DNA from: Candidatus Bathyarchaeota archaeon
GTDB lineage: Archaea > Thermoproteota > Bathyarchaeia > 40CM-2-53-6
DNA length: 64,000 nucleotides
Direction of reading: 5' to 3'
NCBI GenBank assembly: GCA_963733055.1
Contig: CAVTBR010000003.1
Coordinates: forward strand, 448,001 to 512,000
Shown piece after piece: positions 30,210 through 40,687 of the stretch. The notes under the pieces were generated by a model. That model saw only the letters and a program-made list of their open reading frames with translations. It searched no databases and was not told the origin of the DNA. A program made the position numbers and the translations under genes. Within the stretch, counting starts at the first letter, position 1. The number at the start of each line of letters is the position of its first letter.

Positions 30210-31148
30210 TCAAGTCCCGGCGATGACGTTTTGCAGGAAAGTCCGAGATCTGGTGTACATCCCGTCGATTGAATCGCGCATTTGAGGGTTTCCGCCAATG
30301 TCGATACCGAACACTCCGCCGAAATGTTGCTTCTCGAGCGCTTTCATGACGGTCGTCCAATCAATGAGACCTTTTCCAATTTCTAAGTGGCCTTCGTTGC
30401 TATAGTCGGAGTCACTTGCGTGCACGTAGAAAATTCTCTTCCCTAGCATTTCGGCAGCCTGAACGAGGGCGGTCCTTTGGCAAGCAAAATGCGCGGTTTC
30501 GAAGACTGCTCCCAGATTCTTACTGTTCACTTCACGCATCAGAAGTTCCAGCCCCCAAACGCTGGAAACTGTTTCCCAAACTCTCGGTTCAACGCACAAT
30601 CGAATCCCATGGCTTGCTGCGAAATCCGTGCACTGAGCCACCGAGTCAACAACCACTTCCTTGAAGTACTTCCAGAAATCGAAATTGGGTTCGACTTTCA
30701 TTTTCGGGGGTTGGTAGGCGTAGCTGAAATCGCGAGAGATGTCGTAGGGTTTGACCTCGTAAAACGGAGGGTAGTATGAGTCCAGTTCAACCATATCGGC
30801 CTCCAGGAAGTTCGCTATTTCACAACCCAATCGGAAGTCAGCTAGTGCAGCTTTCCTTTTTGTTTCATCAGTACTGGTTAGGTCTGGAAGCACCGGTACG
30901 AAATTCACAATCTTAAGCCCGGCCTCACTACACCGTTTTCTTATTGTTCCTTTGTTTTTTTCTTCAGCGTGTAGCTGTGGGCCACCGACGCCTTCCATCT
31001 CGAATAGGGTGAAACCAAGCCTTCGTGCATCTTCAAATGCCTTGAAGATATCTTCTAAGCTCATCACGTACCCATACTTTGTAATTGCGTATAACCAGCA
31101 CATGCCAATGCGGGGGTTCAAAGTGGTCGAGAAAGCTCCTGACCTCAA
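30210..31148 (-). CDS. Sugar phosphate isomerase/epimerase (xylose isomerase-like TIM barrel)
   Basis: GIRLCVEP, NLGAVFETAH, IFYVHASD, HLEIGKGLIDW. Confidence 0.85.
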   Translation of the reverse strand: MRSGAFSTTLNPRIGMCWLYAITKYGYVMSLEDIFKAFEDARRLGFTLFEMEGVGGPQLHAEEKNKGTIRKRCSEAGLKIVNFVPVLPDLTSTDETKRKAALADFRLGCEIANFLEADMVELDSYYPPFYEVKPYDISRDFSYAYQPPKMKVEPNFDFWKYFKEVVVDSVAQCTDFAASHGIRLCVEPRVWETVSSVWGLELLMREVNSKNLGAVFETAHFACQRTALVQAAEMLGKRIFYVHASDSDYSNEGHLEIGKGLIDWTTVMKALEKQHFGGVFGIDIGGNPQMRDSIDGMYTRSRTFLQNVIAGT

Positions 31149-31211
31149 CCAAATATAACATTACCGAGAAAGCGGAAACCTGGTTCGAATGTTCGCCTTT
31201 GAATTAGTTAT

Positions 31212-31937
31212 TTGCACGTGAGATTATTGGTAGAGTATGTGGTTCTTTTCGATATAGATGGCACCTTAGTCTCAAGCGTAGTGGCGGAAGACGACGAGAG
31301 GCGTCGCTATTCGGATGCCGTACGCGACGTTGTTGGTCAAATTCCTACAGTGTCTCCGGCAAGGTTCGCAGGCATGGTTGATCCGCAGATCTGCCGAATA
31401 CTCTTGACCGAACTTGGACTGACTGGTGACGCGATTAACTGTCTCGTTCCCAAAGTGCTCGCACGTATGAGTGAACTGTATGTTGTGATGAATAAGACGA
31501 TTCAGTTGAACACGGGTGTACGAGAGTTGTTGCCGCTTCTCGCCAAGTCGCCAAGGCATATTGTCGGTGTTCTCACAGGGAACCTCCAGCAGATCGCTAA
31601 GGAAAAATTGGCTCGTGCTGAAATCGTATCCTACTTTTCGGAGTTTTACTGTGCTGACCGTTATTTTGACCGCACAAGTTTGGTGCCGGACGCGGTTAGT
31701 TCTTGCGTGAAGAAACATTCGTTGCCCACCAGCAGGAGAGTAATGATTGTCGGCGACACACCCCGTGACATCACAGCCGCGAACTCTTCCGAAGCAACCT
31801 CGATTGGCATCGCAAGCAGTGGGTTCTCCATGCGACAGTTAAGCGAGGCGGAGGCGATGCAGGTTTACCCAAACCTGAAACCAACCAAGCAACTCCTCGC
31901 GGGACTAGGCTTAGAGTATCAGCACAAATTGCTTTGA
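31212..31937 (+). CDS. HAD-superfamily phosphatase
   Basis: LFDIDGTL, LTGN, IVGDTPRDI. Confidence 0.9.
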   Translation: MHVRLLVEYVVLFDIDGTLVSSVVAEDDERRRYSDAVRDVVGQIPTVSPARFAGMVDPQICRILLTELGLTGDAINCLVPKVLARMSELYVVMNKTIQLNTGVRELLPLLAKSPRHIVGVLTGNLQQIAKEKLARAEIVSYFSEFYCADRYFDRTSLVPDAVSSCVKKHSLPTSRRVMIVGDTPRDITAANSSEATSIGIASSGFSMRQLSEAEAMQVYPNLKPTKQLLAGLGLEYQHKLL

Positions 31938-32000
31938 GCAATATCGGTAAGCATGACATATGCTCAATAATACCCAGAAGCTAGGCTTCGGGGATTTGCG

Positions 32001-33080
32001 ATGAGCAACTATCACATGCTAAGTGAAATTCGGGAACAACCGGAAGCTTTCAAGAAGATATTCTCCGATACTAGGCCGCGGATCCAGCAGATCGCCCAGA
32101 ACGCTTGGAAACTCAAGCATCCGTCGACATTTTTCCTCACTGGGTGTGGCTCGTCATACTACGCCGCGATGATTCCCGCCTTCTACTACGAGTACCTTCT
32201 TGGACTAGACGCCCACGCAGTTCCATCATCTGAGTTTGTATGGTATTCGCCGGGCCCCGCCGCCGTCTCCTCCTCGATTCTAATCTCCCTATCGCGATCC
32301 GGCAAAACTTCGGAATCTGTGGAAGCGATAAGAAAGGCGGTGAAGGCCAAGATTCCTACGATCGCAGTCACATCTGATCCCACTAGTACAATGAGTAAAG
32401 AATGCGAATTCAGCCTGGACACGGGAGTGTCAAACGAGGAGAGCACCATAATGACTAAAACATTCACAGGAGGCGCGCTAAGTTCCACCCTCCTAGGCAT
32501 TGAGTTCGCGAAACTCCACGCAACAACTCCTGATCTCACTCGCTTTGAAAATGAATTGGCTACTTTACCCGATGACGCTAGGGACGTCATTTCCACCGTG
32601 GAAGATCATGTGAAAAAGAGCGCTGAATCAGCCACTGCCTCTCGTTTCATTTACCTCGGCTCAGGAGCCAACTACGCAGCCTGCCTCGAAGGAGCCTTGA
32701 AACTTCGTGAGACATCGTATGTTGCATCAGAAACCTACCACACGATGGAATTCAGGCATGGCCCGTTCGCAGAACTCGAAAAGGGAATACAGGTGCTCTC
32801 GGTGGTTCCCAAGGGCAGGAACATCTCTGAACAACTCAAGATACTCAAAGAGATCGAAGCCACGGGCGCCACTGTTGTCCCAATCTCAAACGAACCTGAG
32901 GTTGTGAAAGACTTCAAGGCTGCGATTAAGATGCCCGACTCCATCGGATCAACATTTTCAGCTTTACTTTACATGATCCCCATGCAACTCTTCGCCTACT
33001 ACTACTCCGTGAAGAATGGTAGGAATCCCGATCAGCCACGAAACCTCACGAAATTTGTGACGACTGAGATTGGACAGTAG
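32001..33080 (+). CDS. Double-SIS sugar-phosphate isomerase/deaminase/deglycase (GlmS C-terminal-like, no glutaminase domain)
   Basis: MLSEIREQP, TGCGSSYY, SRSGKT, EGALKLRE, EFRHGP, NPDQPRNLTK. Confidence 0.9.
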   Translation: MSNYHMLSEIREQPEAFKKIFSDTRPRIQQIAQNAWKLKHPSTFFLTGCGSSYYAAMIPAFYYEYLLGLDAHAVPSSEFVWYSPGPAAVSSSILISLSRSGKTSESVEAIRKAVKAKIPTIAVTSDPTSTMSKECEFSLDTGVSNEESTIMTKTFTGGALSSTLLGIEFAKLHATTPDLTRFENELATLPDDARDVISTVEDHVKKSAESATASRFIYLGSGANYAACLEGALKLRETSYVASETYHTMEFRHGPFAELEKGIQVLSVVPKGRNISEQLKILKEIEATGATVVPISNEPEVVKDFKAAIKMPDSIGSTFSALLYMIPMQLFAYYYSVKNGRNPDQPRNLTKFVTTEIGQ

Positions 33081-33108
33081 AGCATTCCTGGCGCATGGGA
33101 AGTTTGGA

Positions 33109-33540
33109 TCATTCGCCCATGATCTGAACAGCTAAATCTCTGGCTTGAGGCCCATCCATTTCAACCAGGTACACGTGTTGCCTGGCGCCTAAAATGACCT
33201 GCCCCTCTTGGAGGGGAATCGTTACGCTTGCACCTAGAAGGCTTGCTCTGATGTGTGAGTAGGCGTTCACAGCCATCCTCCCATCTTTCCTGAACAGTTT
33301 GTGATGAGCATACGAATCATCTTCGGGTACCGCTTTCACCATAAACCTTGCAATATCCTTCTCCAGCTTCGGGTCGTCTTCGTTGATTGTGATCGCAGTG
33401 GTCGTGTGCAGCGTGAAGACATTGATGATTCCGTTTCGTACCTGGCTCATCTCCACCGCTCTTCGGATCTGATCAGTGATGCGGATCAGTTCGGTGGCCT
33501 GCTTTGATTTCACGAATATTCTCTCTACAACCGACCTCAA
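33109..33540 (-). CDS. YjbQ-family protein (UPF0047)
   Basis: HTTTAITINE, NAYSHIRASLLG, VEMDGP. Confidence 0.9.
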   Translation of the reverse strand: MRSVVERIFVKSKQATELIRITDQIRRAVEMSQVRNGIINVFTLHTTTAITINEDDPKLEKDIARFMVKAVPEDDSYAHHKLFRKDGRMAVNAYSHIRASLLGASVTIPLQEGQVILGARQHVYLVEMDGPQARDLAVQIMGE

Positions 33541-33554
33541 CTATACCCTGCCTC

Positions 33555-34400
33555 CTACACTTCTCCTAGGAATCTTTGCGCATTTTCTCCCAGAATAGCC
33601 TGCATCACATCGTCTCGCACCGGAAGGGTGGAGATTGCGTTGAACATTTTATTCATCTCGATTCGCGGATAATCGGAACCAAACATCAACTTGTCCCCCA
33701 ATGAGTTCTCTATCACGCGAGTGGATATGATGGAAGCAATTTGCCGCATATGTTCGACAGGTGTACCCGCATATGTCCCAGCAGTGTCAAGATACACGTT
33801 CGGGTTGCGAATAGCGACGGCCACGGCGTCCCAAAGCCACGGCCAACCCATGTGAGCTAAACAGATCTTAAGCTTCGGGTGTTTTCTTGCGATATCATCG
33901 AATATCAGCGGTTGATTTTGCTGTATCGAAAATCTGTTCGAAAATGTCATGCCGGTATGGATCGTGATCGGCATCTCAAGACTTTCCGCTTCCTTGTAAA
34001 CCTCTAATGCTGCCGGCCCTGAGGGGTCAAATTCTTGCAACGCTGGATTCAACTTCAAGCCGCGCAACCCCAACTGGTCTTTAGCTCGCTTCATCTCAAT
34101 AAGCGCACTCTGCTTCGAATCAGGGTCAACGCTTGCAAAACCAACGAATCGCCTTTTGTTTTGATTGACGATATTCGAAACTTCGTCGTTGGATGGCATC
34201 TTGGAGCCGTGAATCTTCTGGCAGTCGAGCGCGAATAGTACGGAGCGGTCGATTTTGCAGACATCCATTTCATCCAGTAAGGTAGATAATGGCTGGGGAG
34301 CAGTTCGTAAGTCGAATAGTTCCCTAGCGTCTTGCAATAGTTCCGGCCGACGGTCGGTGAGCTCCTTGACGAGCAGTGGGTGAACGTGAACATCTATCAG
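33555..34400 (-). CDS. Amidohydrolase_2-family metal-dependent hydrolase (probable CTG start at 34400)
   Basis: Frame extends upstream of 34337 to IDVHVHP after an SD-like GAGGT; GLKL, IHTG, AHMG, NVYLDTA, FGSDYP. Confidence 0.85.
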   Translation of the reverse strand: MIDVHVHPLLVKELTDRRPELLQDARELFDLRTAPQPLSTLLDEMDVCKIDRSVLFALDCQKIHGSKMPSNDEVSNIVNQNKRRFVGFASVDPDSKQSALIEMKRAKDQLGLRGLKLNPALQEFDPSGPAALEVYKEAESLEMPITIHTGMTFSNRFSIQQNQPLIFDDIARKHPKLKICLAHMGWPWLWDAVAVAIRNPNVYLDTAGTYAGTPVEHMRQIASIISTRVIENSLGDKLMFGSDYPRIEMNKMFNAISTLPVRDDVMQAILGENAQRFLGEV

Positions 34401-34456
34401 GATGAAATACCTCGGCTGAAGCTTCCGAAGCGGTTACGGTATTAACATTTCCATAG

Positions 34457-35405
34457 TTAATCGCGATAATATTTTTGTGAGATTGTCTCCGCCGTCTTCG
34501 CTCCGGGTATTGCTGTCATGCATCCGTACTTGGTAGTGCTGATTGCCGCTACAACGTTTGCGAAGCATGCGGTCTTTTCAACGCTCCATTTCTGGAGGGA
34601 GCCGAGGATGAATGCGGCATCGTAGGCATCTCCTGCGCCGATCGTTGAAACTACTTTCACCTGGTAAGCTCTGATTCTCCTGATGCGGTCTCCGTATCCC
34701 ACCGTACAGCCTCTGCGACCTAATTTGACCGCCACGATTCGTGGGCCATTTCTTAGAAGACTTTCAATCGCATCTTGTACGCGGTTTTTTCGGGAAATTC
34801 GTCTAGCTTCTTCTTCGTCTAGAAGCAAAACGTCAAGATGCTCGAAGGATCCCTTGAAACGGTCGACTCCAGTCCCCAGTGGCACTCATTTGAGGATCAG
34901 CGGACACCAAGAGCCCTTCCTTCTTTGCCATGTTGAATAGAGAGATCGCACCCTTGCCCCATAGGTTTGGGTAAAGTAGGTATCCCGCAAAATGGAATGC
35001 GCTGCCATTCGTAAGATCCCTTTTGCTGAACTCGTCTGGCCGCAGGGGCAGAATGTTTGAAACCACTGACGACTTGTTGCCGTCGTTATACACGATCACG
35101 GTCGATATCTCAGTCTCCGCGTCCCTACGGATGATTAATTCCTTAGTGGATACACCGCAACGATCGAGTCCGTCCAACACAAGTCGCCCCACGTTGTCGT
35201 TGCCAATTTTCCCCATGATGGAAGCGCGCCCTCCAAGTTTAGCAAAACATTGCGCAACGTATCCGGCGCTTCCCGCAGGGACAGCACAAGCCGCCTTCGC
35301 GGTTCCTAGGATAGACCAGCGTCTAGGAACTTGATCGACTCCCGCAAGTATGATGTCGAGAGCCACTTCGCCGAAAGTAATTAGGCCAGAAGTCGCCATA
35401 ACCAC
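34457..35405 (-). CDS. PfkB-family carbohydrate kinase; +1 frameshift at about 34858
   Basis: N half has AGSAG and GKIGNDNVG; C half has KLGRRG and STIGAGDAYDAAF. The frames join if one T is removed. Confidence 0.88.
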
Positions 35406-36506
35406 CTACTCTCGTGTCGTTACCTTCCGGATTACGTTGAAATGATCCGGGTTCAGTCCTTTTCTAACCGCAGCATGGTACGCGAGAAGCTCAAGTAAGG
35501 TTACACTAGGGAATATCGCTAGGACTTCATCCGTTTCCCCGTAGCTGATTGAGTTCATGTTTCTAACCTCACGTGGCGTGATCATGAGGACGTTGGCATG
35601 GAGGCGCTTCGTACGGAGTGCAAGGCGGTATTGAAGCTTTGATGTTCGCCCTCCGCCGAGGACGACTACGGTGATTTTCTTGGAAATTGCTTCAATTGGT
35701 CCGTGAGCAAACTCGCCTGACGACATGCCTTCAGCAGGGAACTTTGCCACCTCTTTCAAGAGAAGGGCACCTTGAAGTGCTCCAGGTAAACAAGGGCCAC
35801 GCCCGAGAATCACAGCCGCCTCACAACTGAGCAGCATGCTCGCCTGACGTTTTGCATTCTGACTCCAAGACTCCATGCTGTCATCCATGGCCCGAGTCAT
35901 TTGTAGTAACTTTTCAACAAGGGCATCCCGCTTTCTCTCGCTGTTTTGCCTGGTCTGTGCGGCGACTGAGGAGATGAGGCAATAGAGAATTGCCAAAGTT
36001 GATGCGAACGTTTTGGTAGAGCTTGCTCTTTCCTCTCCAGCATGGGTTACGAGAACTCGGTCGCTCAGTCTCGCTAGAGTGCTTCTGGGCTCGTTAGTTA
36101 CCGCAATGACAAAGTTTCCCTTCTTGTTTAGGATTTGAATCGCTTTAACCGTCTCTATGCTCTCGCCTGATTGTGATAATGCGACGGTAATTTCGTTTGT
36201 TGGAATTGTTGAGGGGTAGTGGATGAATTCGGAGGCGAGATGGTTCACCGGCGCGCTGTGAATTAGCTCTGTGAGCAGGTAGTTGGCGTATACAGAAGCG
36301 AAGTATGATGAACCCATTCCTATGAAATGGATTCGCTTTTTCCTCAGGAGACGTGCTACTCGATCAATCTCATTGCGCTCGGCTCCTATTGTGTTGCGTA
36401 TTGCAGCAGGTTGCTCGAGTATCTCTCGGAGAAGTGTGTGTTTGCTGCTGAACACCAATTGTTTGTCCTCGTAATCTTTCCAGGGCTGTCCACACAGTGG
36501 ACTCAT
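35406..36506 (-). CDS. Double-SIS protein, divergent paralogue (true start probably downstream of 36506)
   Basis: EILEQP, GMGSSYF, SQSGES, STKTF, QGALLLKE, EFAHGP, GLNPD. Confidence 0.88.
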   Translation of the reverse strand: MSPLCGQPWKDYEDKQLVFSSKHTLLREILEQPAAIRNTIGAERNEIDRVARLLRKKRIHFIGMGSSYFASVYANYLLTELIHSAPVNHLASEFIHYPSTIPTNEITVALSQSGESIETVKAIQILNKKGNFVIAVTNEPRSTLARLSDRVLVTHAGEERASSTKTFASTLAILYCLISSVAAQTRQNSERKRDALVEKLLQMTRAMDDSMESWSQNAKRQASMLLSCEAAVILGRGPCLPGALQGALLLKEVAKFPAEGMSSGEFAHGPIEAISKKITVVVLGGGRTSKLQYRLALRTKRLHANVLMITPREVRNMNSISYGETDEVLAIFPSVTLLELLAYHAAVRKGLNPDHFNVIRKVTTRE

Positions 36507-36549
36507 TCTTTATAGAACCCTTTGGAAGTGCTATTGGGTCTTCTTCGAT

Positions 36550-37650
36550 ATGAAAAGATCACATCTTGAGGATCTTCGTCAAAGATTGCTTGCGAAGTTA
36601 ACGCATCCAGAGGTCGATTTGGATGTTGTTACGATGCCCGACTTCTTCTTGGACCATTCATCGACCTGCAACTTCGATACACAACGCCTTACGAAGAGCA
36701 TCTTGGCGGTTGCAGCGAGGGGGGGTGGAGAAATCTCTAATGTTCCCCAAACGTTGGAAGTTGGAGGTAACGCGGCAATATGCACGCTTGCACTCGCAAA
36801 TTTAGGCTCCAAGGTTCATCCGATGATGAAGACGGATGCTCTTGGATTACAGCTAATTCGATACTTCTACGATACGCCCAAGATAGATCTTACCAGAATC
36901 AAACTAACTGGATCACTCTCACCTACGATTATTCTCGAACTTCGAAATCGGAACAGTTCAACCAACATCATGCTGGCTGATGCCTCAAACATCACGCCGT
37001 TTGGTTTTGGGGACCTCGATTCAGATGATCTCGCCATAGTCACTAGGGCTCGTTATGTATGTGTTTTCAATTGGCTTTACAACAAGAAAGGAACGGAGCT
37101 AGCCGAGAAGGTTTTCGAATACTGCCGCGCGAATTCGAGCGCACGTACTTTCTTTGATTCTTCGGACCCTCGGCCTAGGATAAAGGAACTCTCTGACCTG
37201 AATAGGAAGGTCTTGCGGAATGGGTTGATAGATATCTGGGGGTTAAACGAGAATGAGGCTTTGGTCTTCGCGAGATTGTATGATCGCAAATTAAAGCGAC
37301 GGTCGGATAATACTCCTTTGGCCGCCGGAAAAACGCTTAGTGCTAATACCGGAGCGAAAATCTACTTGCACACAACTGATTATTCAGCTTCAATTACAGG
37401 GGATGAGGTTACTCTCGTTCCTGCTTTTGGCATCGTGCCGAGACGAGGAACGGGCGCTGGGGATTCTTGGAATGCAGGAATAATGATAGCAGATGCTTTA
37501 GGTTTGACCGGGGAAGAGGGGTTACTCTTCGCGAACGCGGTGGCTGGACGCTATGCCACCCACACCAAACGCGTTTACTCAACCCTGCCAGACATAGTGA
37601 ACTTTCTAAGAGACCCTACTCTCAAACTGAAGCAAGTCAGAGATATGTAG
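36550..37650 (+). CDS. PfkB-family carbohydrate kinase (archaeal type)
   Basis: PDFFLD, GGNAA, LNENEA, TGAGDSWNAG. Confidence 0.85.
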   Translation: MKRSHLEDLRQRLLAKLTHPEVDLDVVTMPDFFLDHSSTCNFDTQRLTKSILAVAARGGGEISNVPQTLEVGGNAAICTLALANLGSKVHPMMKTDALGLQLIRYFYDTPKIDLTRIKLTGSLSPTIILELRNRNSSTNIMLADASNITPFGFGDLDSDDLAIVTRARYVCVFNWLYNKKGTELAEKVFEYCRANSSARTFFDSSDPRPRIKELSDLNRKVLRNGLIDIWGLNENEALVFARLYDRKLKRRSDNTPLAAGKTLSANTGAKIYLHTTDYSASITGDEVTLVPAFGIVPRRGTGAGDSWNAGIMIADALGLTGEEGLLFANAVAGRYATHTKRVYSTLPDIVNFLRDPTLKLKQVRDM

Positions 37651-37665
37651 GAAACTCATGAAACA

Positions 37666-38355
37666 CTAGAGACTCCCAACTAGTTGCAAAATCTCCGAGA
37701 GCTTGTCAACCTCGTGCCGGGCCTTAGATTCACTGGCTTTCTCTGATCGCGAATCTCCCCTGCGAAGACGCACCGGGATGAGATGGGCATCGTCCGCAAC
37801 TGCCATCTCTGTCTTGGGGTTAGTGCCGACGAAGATGGTCTCTGAACTGGGGACCCCGAGCAATTTAACGGCTCTCTCGATGACTTCTTTACTGAACGTA
37901 TCCAATCCCAGATCCTCTGAGATTACGACGGCGTGGAAGCAGTACTGTAGCCCCAAGCTGACGAGTTTCTGCCATTGCTTCACCGATTTGCCGCCGGCGG
38001 TACATCCAACTTTGACTCCCAGGTCCCTAAGTCGAAGGATTGTGGGCATGGTATCTGGGTATGGCTTAAGGTAAACCGGGTTAGTTTCACGGTAAGCCAC
38101 AACTCCGGCAGCGACGACGCTCGGATTCCACTTCAGGCCAAGTTTCTCCATTAGACTATCGAAGTGCTTGGTGTTATCGGGCCCAAGCTCTTTCACGATT
38201 TCCTCAAGCGTCCGATATCCAGTCTCCACGTCAACGGGGAGCCCCGCTTGTATCATGGCTCTGACAGCGCTTAACCGAGCATTAGTTGTCTGAAACGTCG
38301 CGTCGTAGAGAACATCGTCGATTCCAAATACAACCGCTTTCACTTTTGCCATCAT
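37666..38355 (-). CDS. HAD-fold protein (TIGR02253-like) with degenerate catalytic motifs
   Basis: Family features ARLSAVRAMIQAGL, AAGVVAY, KQWQKL; motif I reads FGIDDVL and motif IV FVGTNPKTE. Confidence 0.8.
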   Translation of the reverse strand: MMAKVKAVVFGIDDVLYDATFQTTNARLSAVRAMIQAGLPVDVETGYRTLEEIVKELGPDNTKHFDSLMEKLGLKWNPSVVAAGVVAYRETNPVYLKPYPDTMPTILRLRDLGVKVGCTAGGKSVKQWQKLVSLGLQYCFHAVVISEDLGLDTFSKEVIERAVKLLGVPSSETIFVGTNPKTEMAVADDAHLIPVRLRRGDSRSEKASESKARHEVDKLSEILQLVGSL

Positions 38356-39413
38356 TTCACGACCTTTGTTAGCTTGACCGGACTATCCGGGTTAAGTCCT
38401 CTTTCCAAAGCCGAGTAGAACGCGTACAGTTGTAATGGAATAACGTAGACCAGAGGAGAAAAAACCTCCTCGATATCTGGAGCGACGTAAATCGTGTCAA
38501 AGCCCTCTGCTTTAATGTCTTCGGACTTACGTTTTATCACTACCGTTGGAGCACCGAATTTGAGGAAGCTCTTTGCAAGCTGAGCTACTTGGTCACTTTC
38601 ATCGGGACGTTGGAGTAAGAAGACTGGCGTCCGAGAATCTACCAACTGCATAGGCCCGTGAAGAAACTCTCGAGTCGCAAACCCCTCCGCGTAGAGGTTA
38701 CAGCATTCTTTCAGCTTGAGAGCACCCTCCAGAGCAGTAGGATAATTCGGGCCACTTCCCAGCATGAAATGCAATTGCTTGTCAGCGAACTTTGACGCAA
38801 GGAATCTAGCTTGATCCTCGCTAAGCCTTAAGGTAAGTTGCATCTCATCCGCCGCTTTCCGCAAACCTCGCTCTAAGAGTTCAATGTTCTCGGGATGAGG
38901 GAGGATACGACGAACTAACTCCAGGACGAGGGCGTAAGCCGCAGCCAAAGTAGCTGTGTAACTCTTGGTCGCAGCCAACGCCTTCTCCTCGCCAGCCCTC
39001 CCAAACAATTGGAATTCGGTTTGTTTAGCCAAGCTACTTTGAGCTGCATTGGTTATGCCAATGGTTCGCATACCGGCGCTAGCCGCCGATCTAACCGCGG
39101 CCAATGCGTCAACGCTCTCTCCGGATTGCGAGAGGGCGACCACGACAGTACTTGTTTGTAGGTCTTGCTTGACCCAAGATGCGAACTCAGAAGCAGGCAG
39201 GGTGGTTGAGGAAACCCTTGCCAGTGCAGATAACGCGTAGTTTGCAGCCAAGCAGGCATGATAACTGGTTCCACTCCCGGTGAAATAAACCATGGTAATC
39301 TTGGGCGCATCCAATTCTTGCAAGACGCTTCGAGCTTGTGCGAATTCTTCCCGCAGCGTGTCGCCTACGGCTTTAGGTTGCTCGTGAATCTCCCTCAACA
39401 TGTTATGCTGCAA
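38352..39413 (-). CDS. Double-SIS sugar-phosphate isomerase/deaminase/deglycase
   Basis: MLREIHEQP, TGSGTSYHA, SQSGES, ATKSYT, ALEGALKLKE, EFLHGP, NPDSPVKLTKVV. Confidence 0.9.
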   Translation of the reverse strand: MQHNMLREIHEQPKAVGDTLREEFAQARSVLQELDAPKITMVYFTGSGTSYHACLAANYALSALARVSSTTLPASEFASWVKQDLQTSTVVVALSQSGESVDALAAVRSAASAGMRTIGITNAAQSSLAKQTEFQLFGRAGEEKALAATKSYTATLAAAYALVLELVRRILPHPENIELLERGLRKAADEMQLTLRLSEDQARFLASKFADKQLHFMLGSGPNYPTALEGALKLKECCNLYAEGFATREFLHGPMQLVDSRTPVFLLQRPDESDQVAQLAKSFLKFGAPTVVIKRKSEDIKAEGFDTIYVAPDIEEVFSPLVYVIPLQLYAFYSALERGLNPDSPVKLTKVVK

Positions 39414-39560
39414 GGAACGGCCTACTGACCCTTCTTACTTCACCCACACCTTACCCGAACCTAGTTATCACCATTTTCGCGTTGAAGATTAATTGGTCAC
39501 TTCCACGACACTTTCACAACAGGGGTTCACTGAGTCGTGTTGGACTTCAGGGTAAAATCA

Positions 39561-40574
39561 TTAAGCTTTCTTCCGTTCTCCGTAAGTAGAGCGTAAGTAG
39601 GGGAGGACTTTCTCCTTGTACATTCTTATGGTCTTGATTTCGTCCGGGCTTGAGCTTTGGATGTAGATATGCTGAAACCCTATTTTGAGAAACTTCTCCA
39701 AGTATTTGATGTGATCTTCCGGATTAGTTGCTATCAGTCTATTCTCGGCAATCTGCTTGTCACCGACCAAGCGCCCCATTGCTTCAACTTCCCTGGTGTC
39801 ATAGATTCTCTGGCTAAACATGACTGGGAATAGGGATCCTCCCCAGTATCGTGACGCTTGAAGTGCTTTTTCGTAGTCTTCGTCGTAAGAGACGGCAATT
39901 TCAATGGCTTTGACGATTTTGCTTGAATCACGGCCTGCGGATTTTGCTCCTTCTTCCAGCGCGGGAAATACTACGTCTCGATAGTGCTCCTCTGGAGCGA
40001 GTAGCGTTAGTAGGCCGTCTGCGTATTTGCCGGCTATTCTTGCCACTGTCTTGCCACTAGCGGCTACGTAGATTGGAGGGGGAGAAGTCGGCTTCGTGTA
40101 TAGGTTCGCCTTGCGCAGCTTGAAGTATTTCCCTTTGAAGTCAACGATCTCTCTGGACCAGAGCGATTTCATTATCTGAATCGCCTCTTCGAATCTTTCC
40201 ACTCTTTCCCTGTACGAAGGCCATGGGCATCCGACTGGCATCTCGTTCAACGCCTCCCCGGTTCCTAATCCAATGAATATTCTCTCAGGATAGAGTGCTC
40301 GCATGGTGGCGAACGCTTGGGCTATGATCGCCGGGTTGTAACGGAGGATAGGACAGGTGACCGCCGTCCCAATCTCGACCCGTTTCGTGCGTTCCGCCGC
40401 GGCGGCCATCCAAACCCAAGCAAAACCAGCTGAAGCGTTATTGTGGGCCCAAGGGTGGAAGTGATCACTCGTCCAAATGGAATCGAAACCCGCCTTATCT
40501 GCTTCAACAGCGAAGTCAAGAAGCAGACCAGGTTGATACTGCTCGTGCTCACATGCGTAACCAATTTTTATCAT
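39561..40574 (-). CDS. F420-dependent LLM oxidoreductase (Fgd/G6PDH-like family)
   Basis: EHEQY, WTSDHFHPW, RYNPAIIAQAFAT, GLGTGEALNE. Confidence 0.9.
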   Translation of the reverse strand: MIKIGYACEHEQYQPGLLLDFAVEADKAGFDSIWTSDHFHPWAHNNASAGFAWVWMAAAAERTKRVEIGTAVTCPILRYNPAIIAQAFATMRALYPERIFIGLGTGEALNEMPVGCPWPSYRERVERFEEAIQIMKSLWSREIVDFKGKYFKLRKANLYTKPTSPPPIYVAASGKTVARIAGKYADGLLTLLAPEEHYRDVVFPALEEGAKSAGRDSSKIVKAIEIAVSYDEDYEKALQASRYWGGSLFPVMFSQRIYDTREVEAMGRLVGDKQIAENRLIATNPEDHIKYLEKFLKIGFQHIYIQSSSPDEIKTIRMYKEKVLPYLRSTYGERKKA

Positions 40575-40687
40575 ACGATTCGATAGCAGTCACGCGAAGT
40601 TTGATAATAAGGTCGACGATTTCAGGGTGTTTTTTGCATTCGTCTCAATCCCTGAATACTTCAATCGAGAGTTACCTCGTTGATTCT

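Noticed and set aside
32001-39413. Calling the SIS genes glmS
   Set aside because: All lack the N-terminal Cys-initiated glutaminase domain.
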